From IMG/VR virus record IMGVR_UViG_3300037634_004407, positions 1-31,287 of that record: a stretch of 31,287 bases of DNA. One strand, written 5' to 3'. The notes under the pieces are model-generated. The model was not told where the DNA came from, did not search any database, and worked only from the letters and a program-made list of their open reading frames with translations. The position numbers and the translations under genes are program-made. Shown here one piece after another: positions 1 through 9,400 of this stretch. This DNA comes from a virus. Its lineage: Duplodnaviria; Caudoviricetes. Each line of letters begins with the position of its first letter. The stretch's first letter is position 1.

Positions 1-1
1 C

Positions 2-151
2 TGGGAAGATGACGGGTTTGTGCACACTGATTCGGGGTCCGTGTTCTGTGGGAATTGTTTCTTGGATCGGGACAAGTATGGTGAGCCCTACCACTCGGAC
101 AGGGAGGAGATGATAGCCAACCCCAGCAACTACCTGCCCCGTGGACATTGA
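2..151 (+). CDS. 5'-truncated hypothetical protein (CxxC-containing)
   Basis: Frame +2 is open from the window edge: WEDDGFVHTDSGSVFCGNCFLDRDKYGEPYHSDREEMIANPSNYLPRGH*, with TGA at 149-151 overlapping the next ORF. Confidence 0.5.
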   Translation, partial: WEDDGFVHTDSGSVFCGNCFLDRDKYGEPYHSDREEMIANPSNYLPRGH

Positions 152-353
152 ATCCTTGAGGGCACATGTGCGGTATTGCGATAACCGTAACACACCCGCA
201 TCCTTTCCGGCGAAGGCGAGAGAAAGATTACCGAATGATGAGGAGCTGCACGACAACCAGCTCGCCCAGTTTGGGGCGGCTTGCAAGGTCTTGCCATCCT
301 CCGTTCCTCAACGATTGGGGTATCAGAAAAGAATTGACAAAAGAAATGCGTAG
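141..353 (+). CDS. hypothetical protein (70 aa)
   Basis: GTG start overlaps the end of the upstream ORF and the strand matches the neighbours. No recognisable motif. Confidence 0.4.
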   Translation: MDIESLRAHVRYCDNRNTPASFPAKARERLPNDEELHDNQLAQFGAACKVLPSSVPQRLGYQKRIDKRNA

Positions 354-361
354 TCTATAAT
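334..361 (+). promoter_or_regulatory. consensus sigma70-type promoter
   Basis: TTGACA (334-339), 16-nt spacer, TATAAT (356-361), about 50 nt upstream of ATG 411. Confidence 0.8.
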
Positions 362-371
362 GCGCTCAACT

Positions 372-391
372 CCAGTGAGTTATATCACTGG
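372..391 (+). promoter_or_regulatory. inverted repeat (operator or 5' mRNA hairpin) just downstream of the promoter
   Basis: CCAGTGA-gttata-TCACTGG, perfect 7-bp arms. Confidence 0.45.
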
Positions 392-410
392 GAAACCTGA
401 ATAAAATACA

Positions 411-857
411 ATGACAAAATTGAACACACCCGTTCACCGAGAGGTGACTATTAATGGGGCGGACTACATCGCCTCCCTCGTGCCTGCCACGACAGATATG
501 CCAGAGTTTACTCTTCGGAAGAAGAGACACAAGCAAGTCTATAGGCAGTCGATGCCAAGCCTGATCGAAGCACTCGACAGCGGGGAAGAACAAGTCCCAC
601 CGTGCATTATCCAGACGCCGCTGGAGAGAGAAGAGAAGCATGGCACCCCTACGTTCTTCACCCTAAGCAAGGGCAAGGTGCGGAAGACGCACGCCGACTC
701 ACTGGCATCCGACCCTGAGTTCAGCGTGTCTGAAATCAGGGACAAGCTGGCTGCATCGGAGATGGACTACGCGCTGAAGGTCGAAGTGCTCAAGGCAGTC
801 GTCGAACTTTTCGATATCGAGCAGGAGTTAGATGCAACCCGCACCCTGAACCCTTAG
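411..857 (+). CDS. hypothetical protein (148 aa)
   Basis: ATG behind an A-rich leader and a consensus promoter. First gene of a tightly packed run. Confidence 0.75.
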   Translation: MTKLNTPVHREVTINGADYIASLVPATTDMPEFTLRKKRHKQVYRQSMPSLIEALDSGEEQVPPCIIQTPLEREEKHGTPTFFTLSKGKVRKTHADSLASDPEFSVSEIRDKLAASEMDYALKVEVLKAVVELFDIEQELDATRTLNP

Positions 858-859
858 TC

Positions 860-1117
860 ATGCTAGTTACTAAACTTGAGCGGGGGTTGTACGAGGTGAT
901 CGATCTCCAATATAATAACTACCGCGTTGAGGATTCAACGAGGTTGAACCCAAGGTTCAAGCGGCCACCTGAATACCCAGCCACCTCACACAGGTGGGGG
1001 ATCTGGGAGCAGGCCCATGGGGAGTGGACACTCCTTGACGGGAACCCTTCGATGCACGCTTGTCTCTCAATTATCCGCACATGGTGCGCGGCATCTCAAC
1101 TCGGTGTAGATAAATGA
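860..1117 (+). CDS. hypothetical protein (85 aa)
   Basis: Starts 2 nt after the previous stop and has an ATGA overlap with the helicase. Confidence 0.7.
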   Translation: MLVTKLERGLYEVIDLQYNNYRVEDSTRLNPRFKRPPEYPATSHRWGIWEQAHGEWTLLDGNPSMHACLSIIRTWCAASQLGVDK

Positions 1118-2505
1118 AAACACTATACCCTGCTCAAGAGGAGACCTGCGATTTCTTCGTGGATGTAATACGAGATGGGAGGAACTCTTTGGACTCATCA
1201 GTCATGGGGACAGGGAAGACAGTTGTGGGGGCACGCATTGCCAAGAGGATCATCGAGAACCCCTTTCTTGAGGAGGAGGCGCGGCGCATCACTAATGTTG
1301 CGGTGATCTGTCCCAAGGCTGTCTTCCCCTCATGGGAAACGGAGCTACGTGAATGTGGTCTGGAGCCCACGTTCATCCAGAACGTGGAGAAATTGAGGCT
1401 CGGCAAGACCCCATGGGTGAAGAAGGTCGGGAAGAAGAATTTCAAATGGGAGATCCCGACAGACACGTTGGTATTGGTTGATGAGATACACAAGCTGAAG
1501 GGACCGTGGACCCTGAACGCCGCTCTCCTAGTTGCGTTGGTTAAGCAGGGCTTCAGGATTCATGGGATGAGCGGGACTCCCTGCGAAAACCCTATGGAGA
1601 TGCGGCCTCTGGGTTATATGCTACGGCTACATACTAATGATCACTCGCGGGGAGGGTTGCCTAACTACTGGCAATGGTTGACGAAGCTGCGATGCACTAA
1701 GGGTTTCTTCGGGGGCCATGAAATGCGGGACGTTGGATTCGCCCTGAGTCAATTGCGGCAGACCATGTATGGGGTATCAACCCGTGGGTTAACCGTCGCG
1801 GATTTTCCTGATTCATTCAGGGACAACCGAGTTATCGTGGACCCCATTGAGTTCAGCAACAATGAGAAGATCGTGCAGGCTTATGATAAATTGGACATGG
1901 ATGCTGAGGAGGTGAGGGATTACATCGAGAGGGGCAACGTCCCTGAACACTTGCGGGGGTTGGATGAGGACGACCGCCCCATGATTGTAAAGATCCTTGA
2001 CGCCAGAATTGAGTGCGAGAAATTCAAGGTGGCGGACATAGCTGCCATGGCGAAGGATGCTATCAAGGAGGGGTATAATGTTGTGGTGTTTATGAACTTC
2101 ACGAAGAGTCTCCATGAAGTAAGCGGACTACTGGAGTGTGAATACATCGATGGTTCTATTGCCGCTGATGCGCGGAACGATATTATAGATAAGTTCCAGC
2201 GTGACGAGACACACTGTCTGGCTCTCAATGCTGCAACGGGGGGGACGGGTATATCCCTCCACGATACGGTGGGGGAGAGGCCGCGCCTGTCTCTAATTTC
2301 TCCGAGCTTTAACGCCAAGGAATTTTCCCAAGTGCTTGGTCGCATACACCGCAACGGCGCTAAGTCTGACGCCCTCCAGAAAGTCTTACTCTCCGATGGA
2401 TCTATTGAGGAGTATGTGATGGAAGCTATCAGCAAGAAACTACACCACATGAATCTTATTCATAACTCCCAGATCTGTGAACTTAACTCATCTTACTATA
2501 AATGA
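1114..2505 (+). CDS. SNF2-like superfamily 2 DNA helicase/ATPase
   Basis: Motif I MGTGKT, Ia ICPKA, II VLVDEIH, III MSGTP, V GGTGISL, VI QVLGRIHRNG. Confidence 0.9.
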   Translation: MKTLYPAQEETCDFFVDVIRDGRNSLDSSVMGTGKTVVGARIAKRIIENPFLEEEARRITNVAVICPKAVFPSWETELRECGLEPTFIQNVEKLRLGKTPWVKKVGKKNFKWEIPTDTLVLVDEIHKLKGPWTLNAALLVALVKQGFRIHGMSGTPCENPMEMRPLGYMLRLHTNDHSRGGLPNYWQWLTKLRCTKGFFGGHEMRDVGFALSQLRQTMYGVSTRGLTVADFPDSFRDNRVIVDPIEFSNNEKIVQAYDKLDMDAEEVRDYIERGNVPEHLRGLDEDDRPMIVKILDARIECEKFKVADIAAMAKDAIKEGYNVVVFMNFTKSLHEVSGLLECEYIDGSIAADARNDIIDKFQRDETHCLALNAATGGTGISLHDTVGERPRLSLISPSFNAKEFSQVLGRIHRNGAKSDALQKVLLSDGSIEEYVMEAISKKLHHMNLIHNSQICELNSSYYK

Positions 2506-2798
2506 AGGAACCTAAAAATACGCACGCGCATGTGGTGCTAATAAATAATATGAAAGTTGCGATCAAAGCGCGACGAGATGATGACGACATGAACCCATCA
2601 GGCTGGAGCATAATTGCTTTTACTCCTTCTGCGAGTATACGATGTGTTCGCGCCCATCAACCCAAACACCTAGACCTTTTCGTCAAGGGCGTAATAGCTT
2701 TGACGGGGGGTGATGCGGGGCCAAGGTTGCCATCTTCGTCATACCAGATCGACCTTACTGAAATAGTTCATGATATCACGGGAGGAGTTTTCCTGTGA
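2502..2798 (+). CDS. hypothetical protein (98 aa)
   Basis: ATGA overlap with the helicase stop and GTGA overlap with the next gene. Confidence 0.65.
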   Translation: MKEPKNTHAHVVLINNMKVAIKARRDDDDMNPSGWSIIAFTPSASIRCVRAHQPKHLDLFVKGVIALTGGDAGPRLPSSSYQIDLTEIVHDITGGVFL

Positions 2799-3034
2799 AG
2801 CATATAATCAGGACAGTTTACGAGAAGAATCCACACGCACCGATGCTGATGCAGGGGAGAGTGGTCGATGATGATTACGTCGAGCCTTCAACAGTTCGTG
2901 TGTGGGCACTGTGGAAGAACTGGTCAGGTGAATTGATGGTCGGGCCTGAGTTGATCGAGACCGGAACTAAACAGGGTATGCAGTTATCCAACAGGGTAGC
3001 CGTTCACTTAACTAAAATACATAGAGGACAATGA
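2795..3034 (+). CDS. hypothetical protein (79 aa)
   Basis: GTG start with GGAGGAG upstream and 4-nt overlaps on both sides. Confidence 0.65.
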   Translation: MKHIIRTVYEKNPHAPMLMQGRVVDDDYVEPSTVRVWALWKNWSGELMVGPELIETGTKQGMQLSNRVAVHLTKIHRGQ

Positions 3035-3465
3035 CACTCCAAGAATTACTGGATCTACACGAGAGCACGGGGGAAAGATGCCGCCAGATAATGGCGCAGA
3101 AGAACAATGACTACACCGGAGGGAAGTATGCGAGTGATGTCTTTGCTAACTTCAGGTGCTCAGAAGTATTGGGGGTGCATCCTGTAACCGGAATCATGAT
3201 GCGTGTGATGGACAAGATCCAGCGCATCAAAACATTCGTTAACGACGGGCAACTTTCTGTATCGGGGGAGACGGTGGATGATGCGTGCGAAGACATTATC
3301 AATTACGCCGTCCTAGCTAAGGCGATGCTGATGCAGGAGAGATCAACAATGACAGGGGGCGGATCGGTTCCTCGCAGTCACCCTGCGAAAGATCGTTGCT
3401 CCGATAAAGATTACGACGCCTTGAAGGAGACTGTTAAAGATTCCATAAAGGAGAAGATACTTTAG
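3031..3465 (+). CDS. DUF1599/Nmad1-like all-alpha (MazG/dimeric dUTPase-fold) nucleotide-modification-associated protein
   Basis: Pattern KNNDY...FANF...RVMDKIQR...ETVDDACEDIINYAVL, which I recognise as typical of this phage family. AGAGGA upstream of the start. Confidence 0.7.
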   Translation: MTLQELLDLHESTGERCRQIMAQKNNDYTGGKYASDVFANFRCSEVLGVHPVTGIMMRVMDKIQRIKTFVNDGQLSVSGETVDDACEDIINYAVLAKAMLMQERSTMTGGGSVPRSHPAKDRCSDKDYDALKETVKDSIKEKIL

Positions 3466-6400
3466 TGCCCTAGTTTTATCTGGAGATCAGGATACAATTC
3501 CGAGGCATGTTCTTCCAAGAGCCTGATCCTTCTCCTACCCTCACTTGTCTTATTGAGGATGTCCTTCATTGGTTTGGTCAGCATCGGACGGTTCATGTAG
3601 CCGACCTCCGTCAGCTTGAGTCTTTCCTTACTCACCCCATGAGATTTTGCAGCGGCATGTCTTTCAGCTCTCGGTATCCCGAGACCTTCGAAGCCCCGCA
3701 TGGTGTCAATCAATTCGTGGTTCGCACTGATACGCGCTCTGGCAAACCTGTTGTATAACCGTTTCATCTGACCATCGGTCATACCTTTCCCGCCTCCAGC
3801 ACCCATTCCGCTAAGTATCTTCCTCATTGCAGCGGTTGTCTCCCTGTATTCTTCAGTGTGGGTTTTCAAAAACCTATTCATCTCTGATGTAGGGTCAACC
3901 TTTCTGGGCTTAACAGGAAGAGCGTCCGCCACAAGCAGACCGAGGGGGGACTCATCCCCATCTCCTCTAAGCGCGGTGTCCGCTTCGATTAGTTTGCTCA
4001 ATGTTCTTGGGAAGAACCCTGTCTCCATGAAGTGGAACATCCGTTTGAACGTGGCGCTCGGGATGCCCTCCCCCTTTAGTGATATCCTATTCCCGAAGTC
4101 ATCCTCATTGAGGGCGGTTTGCCATACGGCACTAGCAAGAATTTGCTGCGACAGATAGGGCTCCAGTAACTGCCCCAGTTGAGCCACCCCTTCTATAGGT
4201 TCACCCCTGACAATGTGCTCAAACATTCTAGCAAAGGGTGCTTGGACAATCGCAAACGGATTCAAGTAGGTAAGGTCCAACCTCCATAGTCCCGTCTCCG
4301 TCTTGTAATAAAGGAACGTGTTATTCTTAGAGTAGAATGGGAGACCTTGGCGGAGAGCTTCTTCCTCATCATCCCCAATACCGAACATTGCTTTCAGCAT
4401 ATACGGCAGAGCCATAGTTATACCATGAGTTCCGAGGGCACCTCTAAATCTCTTGTTCCCCCTCGCCTTTATAACTGGGTTGGGATCGTTGCGCTCCTTG
4501 TAAATAAGCATACCATTCTGCACCATAGTCCTTGGGATATCCGCTGCGAAGCGAACGAACGGGGCACCCATCACTGACAAATTGGAAGCCGTAAACCGTT
4601 TGATAAGTGGCAGTGCTTTGCTGTAGGATTGGGAAGTGTTCTTAGTTTTCTGTGCCGCCATAGTTTTCATGGCAGTTGTTGGCGTGCCATCCGCTTTAAG
4701 CAGACGACCGTATCTTCCTTTCGCCCCGACCTCTGGGTTATCGAGATCATGCTGCGCTGCCTTGATTAACCACTTGAGTTCAAACTGGTAGAGCCCGATC
4801 TTATGGTAAGCATCACACGCGGAAGCTATACCTCCAAGGTATTGAAGCGATCCATCGAGCCCCGACTTAACTGTTTTCCCACCCTCAATACCGAGAGCCT
4901 TCATCCTTGCGAGGAGTTCAGGGGCAATTGTTTTGATCCCTTTCTTCCGTGCTTTCTCTAGCTCCTCACCAATCAGGCCAGCTTCTGTGGCGTCCTTGTT
5001 TAAATCCTCGAACGTAGTTTTCTCGGTGAGTAGGTTCTGGATAAGGCGAACTTCCAGCTCATCCCCGAAGACATTCAGGGTTGCTAGTGGCACAAGCTCC
5101 GCTTCTAAGTCAGCCTTAGACCCACGGGCGGCACGAACAATACGAGAATCCTCTGCCATCTGGGAATCGATACCCAATAACTTTCCTCCCACGCCCCCTA
5201 CTTCTTTGAACATGGCGGGGATGCTCCCGTAGAATCCTGTTTGTGGTCCGAACCAGAAAGCATTACCCCCCATGTTACGGGGGTAGAATCCGGTAGACCC
5301 CAGCGTCTTGAGAGCCATGGAATAACCAGTGCCTAACCGTAACCACCCACCTATCTTTTGTAATGCAGTCTCGCGCTCGTTCATATCAGCACGGGCCGCA
5401 GCTTCTTTCCCTTCCTGATAAGTTAAGTCCTGCAAGTTAGCGAACACTTGTGGCGGAACAAACATTCCTTTAAGAGGGCTGAAGTCCAAGTCCCCCTTAT
5501 CAGACTCTATTAATTTCCAGTCCCCGTATTTCTCTGGGTCGGATTCAAACTGTTTCTTTGTAATGAGCCATGGTTCCTTACTCTTGGTTCCTAGTTCGTG
5601 GAGCTTATGGAACAGGGACTGGTTAGCCATGACACTTGCAGTATGAATAAAAGTGTGGCTCAAATTATCGAGCCCATTCTCGTGACCATACTCCCCGAGT
5701 AGTGCCCTAATGGGGGCGGGTAAATCTTTCTTCTTGTTTAGGGTGGAGACCACTGCTTTGAGTGGGCCTTCGGGGAACTTTGCTTCATCGATGATTAATC
5801 CATGCGACCCGTCTGCCCTCTCTGCGGTTGTGATTTCATGGCGAACCTTTCCTCTTTGGTATGCCAAGATAAACCCTCGCATCATCTGACGCCCTATGGA
5901 ATCCCCCTTAGAATCTTGTGCTGCTATTTCCTCATCAACCTTCTTGGTAGCATCCACCTTGCCCATCCCATCCGCAGCCATTACTTCAGCAACACGCTTC
6001 GCTCTGTGACGCCTAGTAAAATAGGCCATCGCATCGTCACGTTCTTTTTGATAAGTGGGGTCCGACTCATCCAGAATAGCTCCAGCAAACTCGTTGTCCT
6101 CAAACATCCTGAACCTTCTTGTGATGTAGATCCCGCCGTTGTGGTCGAAGGCTATCACAAAATCTTCACTGACTGTCTCCCCACTAAACAGTTCCATCCC
6201 CATTTTGGATAGCTCGTCTGTTAACTTGCGAAGCTCCAGCACAATGTTGTGCATCTCTGGGGAGACCAGTAACAAGTCAGCTAGCGCCGAGTCCCTTACC
6301 GCAATGGCGGCTTGGCGATTCTTCTCGCGGAACTTTTTGATATCCTCCAGCTTACCTGCTTCGGCGTCGTCCAGTAACGAAGCCTTCTCGGCATTGTCCT

Positions 6401-9400
6401 TGGACTTATTAGCTTTCGCTCTACGCGCATTGAAATTGTTTTCAACGGTTGCTTCCTGTTCGTCTGTGAGGGTGGACCCCATGTTACTACCCGAGGCAAT
6501 AGAGATAAGCTCGGGGGGTATACCCCTGCCATCATTGTTGCGCTCAAATTCTTTGATGGTTCTATCGTGCTTGTTCTGGAGTATTTTGACTATCTTCTTA
6601 GACTCCCGCACGAAGGCTTTATTCTCATCAAAGAATTCAACAACCCGCCTGTCTGCTCGACGGGCAAAGTTTTTAATGAACCATCTCTTCGTGGTTCCCC
6701 ATGCCCCCGTGTCAGAAGTTATATCCCACTTGTCGAAGTCCATTAACGGAACCTCCAACATCTCAATCCATGGCTCAAAGGATTGGCCCTCTACATTAAG
6801 CTCGTCTGGTATAGCTGAAGGATCGCCCCACTCAGGATCAGCATCCGCTGCCTGTTGCATGAGGAAGTTAGACGGACTAGGTACTCCGAGATCCGTTACT
6901 CCTGAGTCAGCTTCCCGCCCAGCAAAGAGTAGACCTCTTCCAGCGATAGCTTTTCGTTGAGCCGGACTTCCAATTGCGGCCTCAGCTCTTTCAAGTGTTC
7001 CACTTGCTGGGGTTCCATGCCATAGTGGCGCTGGAATTCCTCCCCCTCCGAGGATAATTTTTCTGGCTTGGGCTGGCTCATTTTCGTTCCATATCTTCTC
7101 ACGTTCTTCAACAAACTTCAAGTCCTTCCTTGTGCTGTCTGGATATATAGCTCTTATAGCTTCCCAAGTAATCGACTGAAGTTGATACACAGGGATTCCT
7201 AACTGTTCAGCGGCCTGCCTATATGCATCCGCATACATGTGGAAAGTCCCCTGCAGTCCATTTGCTGGGGAGTTAGGTATACCCCCCGAAAAGTTATGCG
7301 ACACAGGCCCAGACTTCTGGGAGTAGGGCATCAAGAAAACAGCGGCGACAGCGTGCGTGTCTATTGTTACATCCCCGTTGTCCCCATTAGGACTTATGAT
7401 GTTGTTGTAGAAATTCCTTAACTTGTGATAACCCCCTAGGCTATCACTAATATTTTCTAACGAACCGTCTTCTACAATAGAAATTGCTTTGGCTGTTTCA
7501 GCCGCACTACCCCATCCGTTTTTGTAGGGTTCGCCATTGTCTTTTAGGTAGGGTCCATTGGGCTCCCCTTCAGGAGATACATTAGTAACCCCATTCCCAA
7601 ACACAGTCTCTGCGATCAGTCGAACTGCCCACCCCTTATCCTCTGCTGTTTCTAATTCAGCGAAGGTCTTGCCCTTCAGTCCTTTAAAAATCTTTGCGCG
7701 TCTATCTTGAGCTTCCTTATCTAACTTCGCTTTTTGTGCTGGGCTTTTCCCTTTCTTCCGCGCAGCGGGGGCTTCGGCCAGTTGTATAGTTCTTTCTACG
7801 ACCTCATTGTATTCGTCGTTATCGAGAACGTAATCGCGGTAGTTCTGGGTAACCTCAAGGACTTGCTCTGCTTGTGCCAAGTTTAAGAACCAATCCTTTT
7901 GGGGGCTGAGTGCAGCCATAACTCCAGCAACTTGCTGGGCGGATATGTTATATTTCTTTGCTAGGCCGTGAGCTATTCTATTAGTTCCTTGATACCATCT
8001 CTTGGACCGCGCCCGAATGTCGGGATCGACCGCGTTATAAAGTGCCACGAGATTATCGGACATGAAGTCTCGCAAGGCCGCTACCTTCTTCAGTGGGTTT
8101 CTTAATTTAGAAAATGATTTGGGTAAAATATAGCGTGCCCTAGGAGAATCTAAATTTGTAGACGCCGCGATCTGTGCGACCTGCTCCTCTACTTTCTTTA
8201 TAATTTCTGCGGCAGCTTTGGGATCTGGATTATCTTCCCATAGGGTAGCCCCGATATTACTTGTGGCTGGGGTTTCCTTCGGCTTTGTCTTTGTCCCTAG
8301 GTTAGCAGTTCCTACTCTCAGGTCATTGCGGTTGCCCAGATCAAAAAGTTCTGGTGTTACCTCCATCCCAAGAGTGGGCACCCTAGGTTCTGAGGCGATG
8401 AAGAGGTTGCCCTCTTTACGTTCTACTTTCCCGAAGACAGCTTCAAGTTCAGAACGATAGTATTCAGCCTTCTGATTATTCTGCCACCCCTTTGAAGTCT
8501 CCTTACCTACTCCCCTGTTTGCTTTGGTGCCTTCGTGAATTAGGAAGTAAGCTGTCCCGTCATCCCCGATAGCGTTCGCAGCCTGCTGTATAACTTGTGC
8601 TCGGATGTGTTTCTCTTGGATAACATTCAGCACATTATTCACCGTAGCTGTATCAGCTCCGCCATCCCTAATGGTCTCAGCTACCTCAGCGTTGTGATCC
8701 GGTTCCCTATTCCAATGGTCGAATATAAGATTAGTAGCCCCGTAGTCTTTGAGGAGGAGGTCAGTTCCGTTATCGAATCTACCTCCCCCGATGTCGGCGT
8801 TTATTCCCCCAGCAAAAAACTGGACGACACCTTTCTTTGCGAGGCTACCGAAAGTAGCAGGTGGTTTCTTTTCGTTAATAGAAGTATCTTCGGCGGTAAA
8901 CTCTTGGTCTATCGGGGGCTCCCAAAGCGCATCTGATTTCTCAACACGGGGAGGAACAAGGGAAGTAGAACTCATTGCCTGTTTGACAAGTTGGTCAATA
9001 ACCTCCTGCGGGTTGCGTGGGTTGTGCGCCATGCTGGCAGGTGCAGGGCGGTAAGATGCCTCAAGGGCTCTAAGCTCACGGACCACATGGTTCACTGCGT
9101 TCCTCATCTCTGGGGAAATATCTTTTGCGGTCTTGTGATAAGCTATCTTAGTAAGCAGTGTCTTAAAATATTGCTTAACCGTGCCGAAGAGGTTGGGGTT
9201 CTCCAGCAAGAAGTTGATCTGCTCGTTGATGTTCCCGCCCCTCAATACTTTACCCGCGTGGATCGACAGTTGTTTAGCTGCGAGAGTAAATCTTTCCTTG
9301 GTAGCTACATCAGGATCTTCACTCCGCAATCTTTCTTTCGCTGCCGCTTGTTCGTCTTGCGGGTAGTGCTCCTCGATAACCCCGTCAGCAGTTTCCATAT

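Noticed and set aside
1134-2450. Minus-strand ORFs within the helicase, and likewise within polA and the primase
   Set aside because: They are antisense to well-supported genes and have no independent coding evidence.
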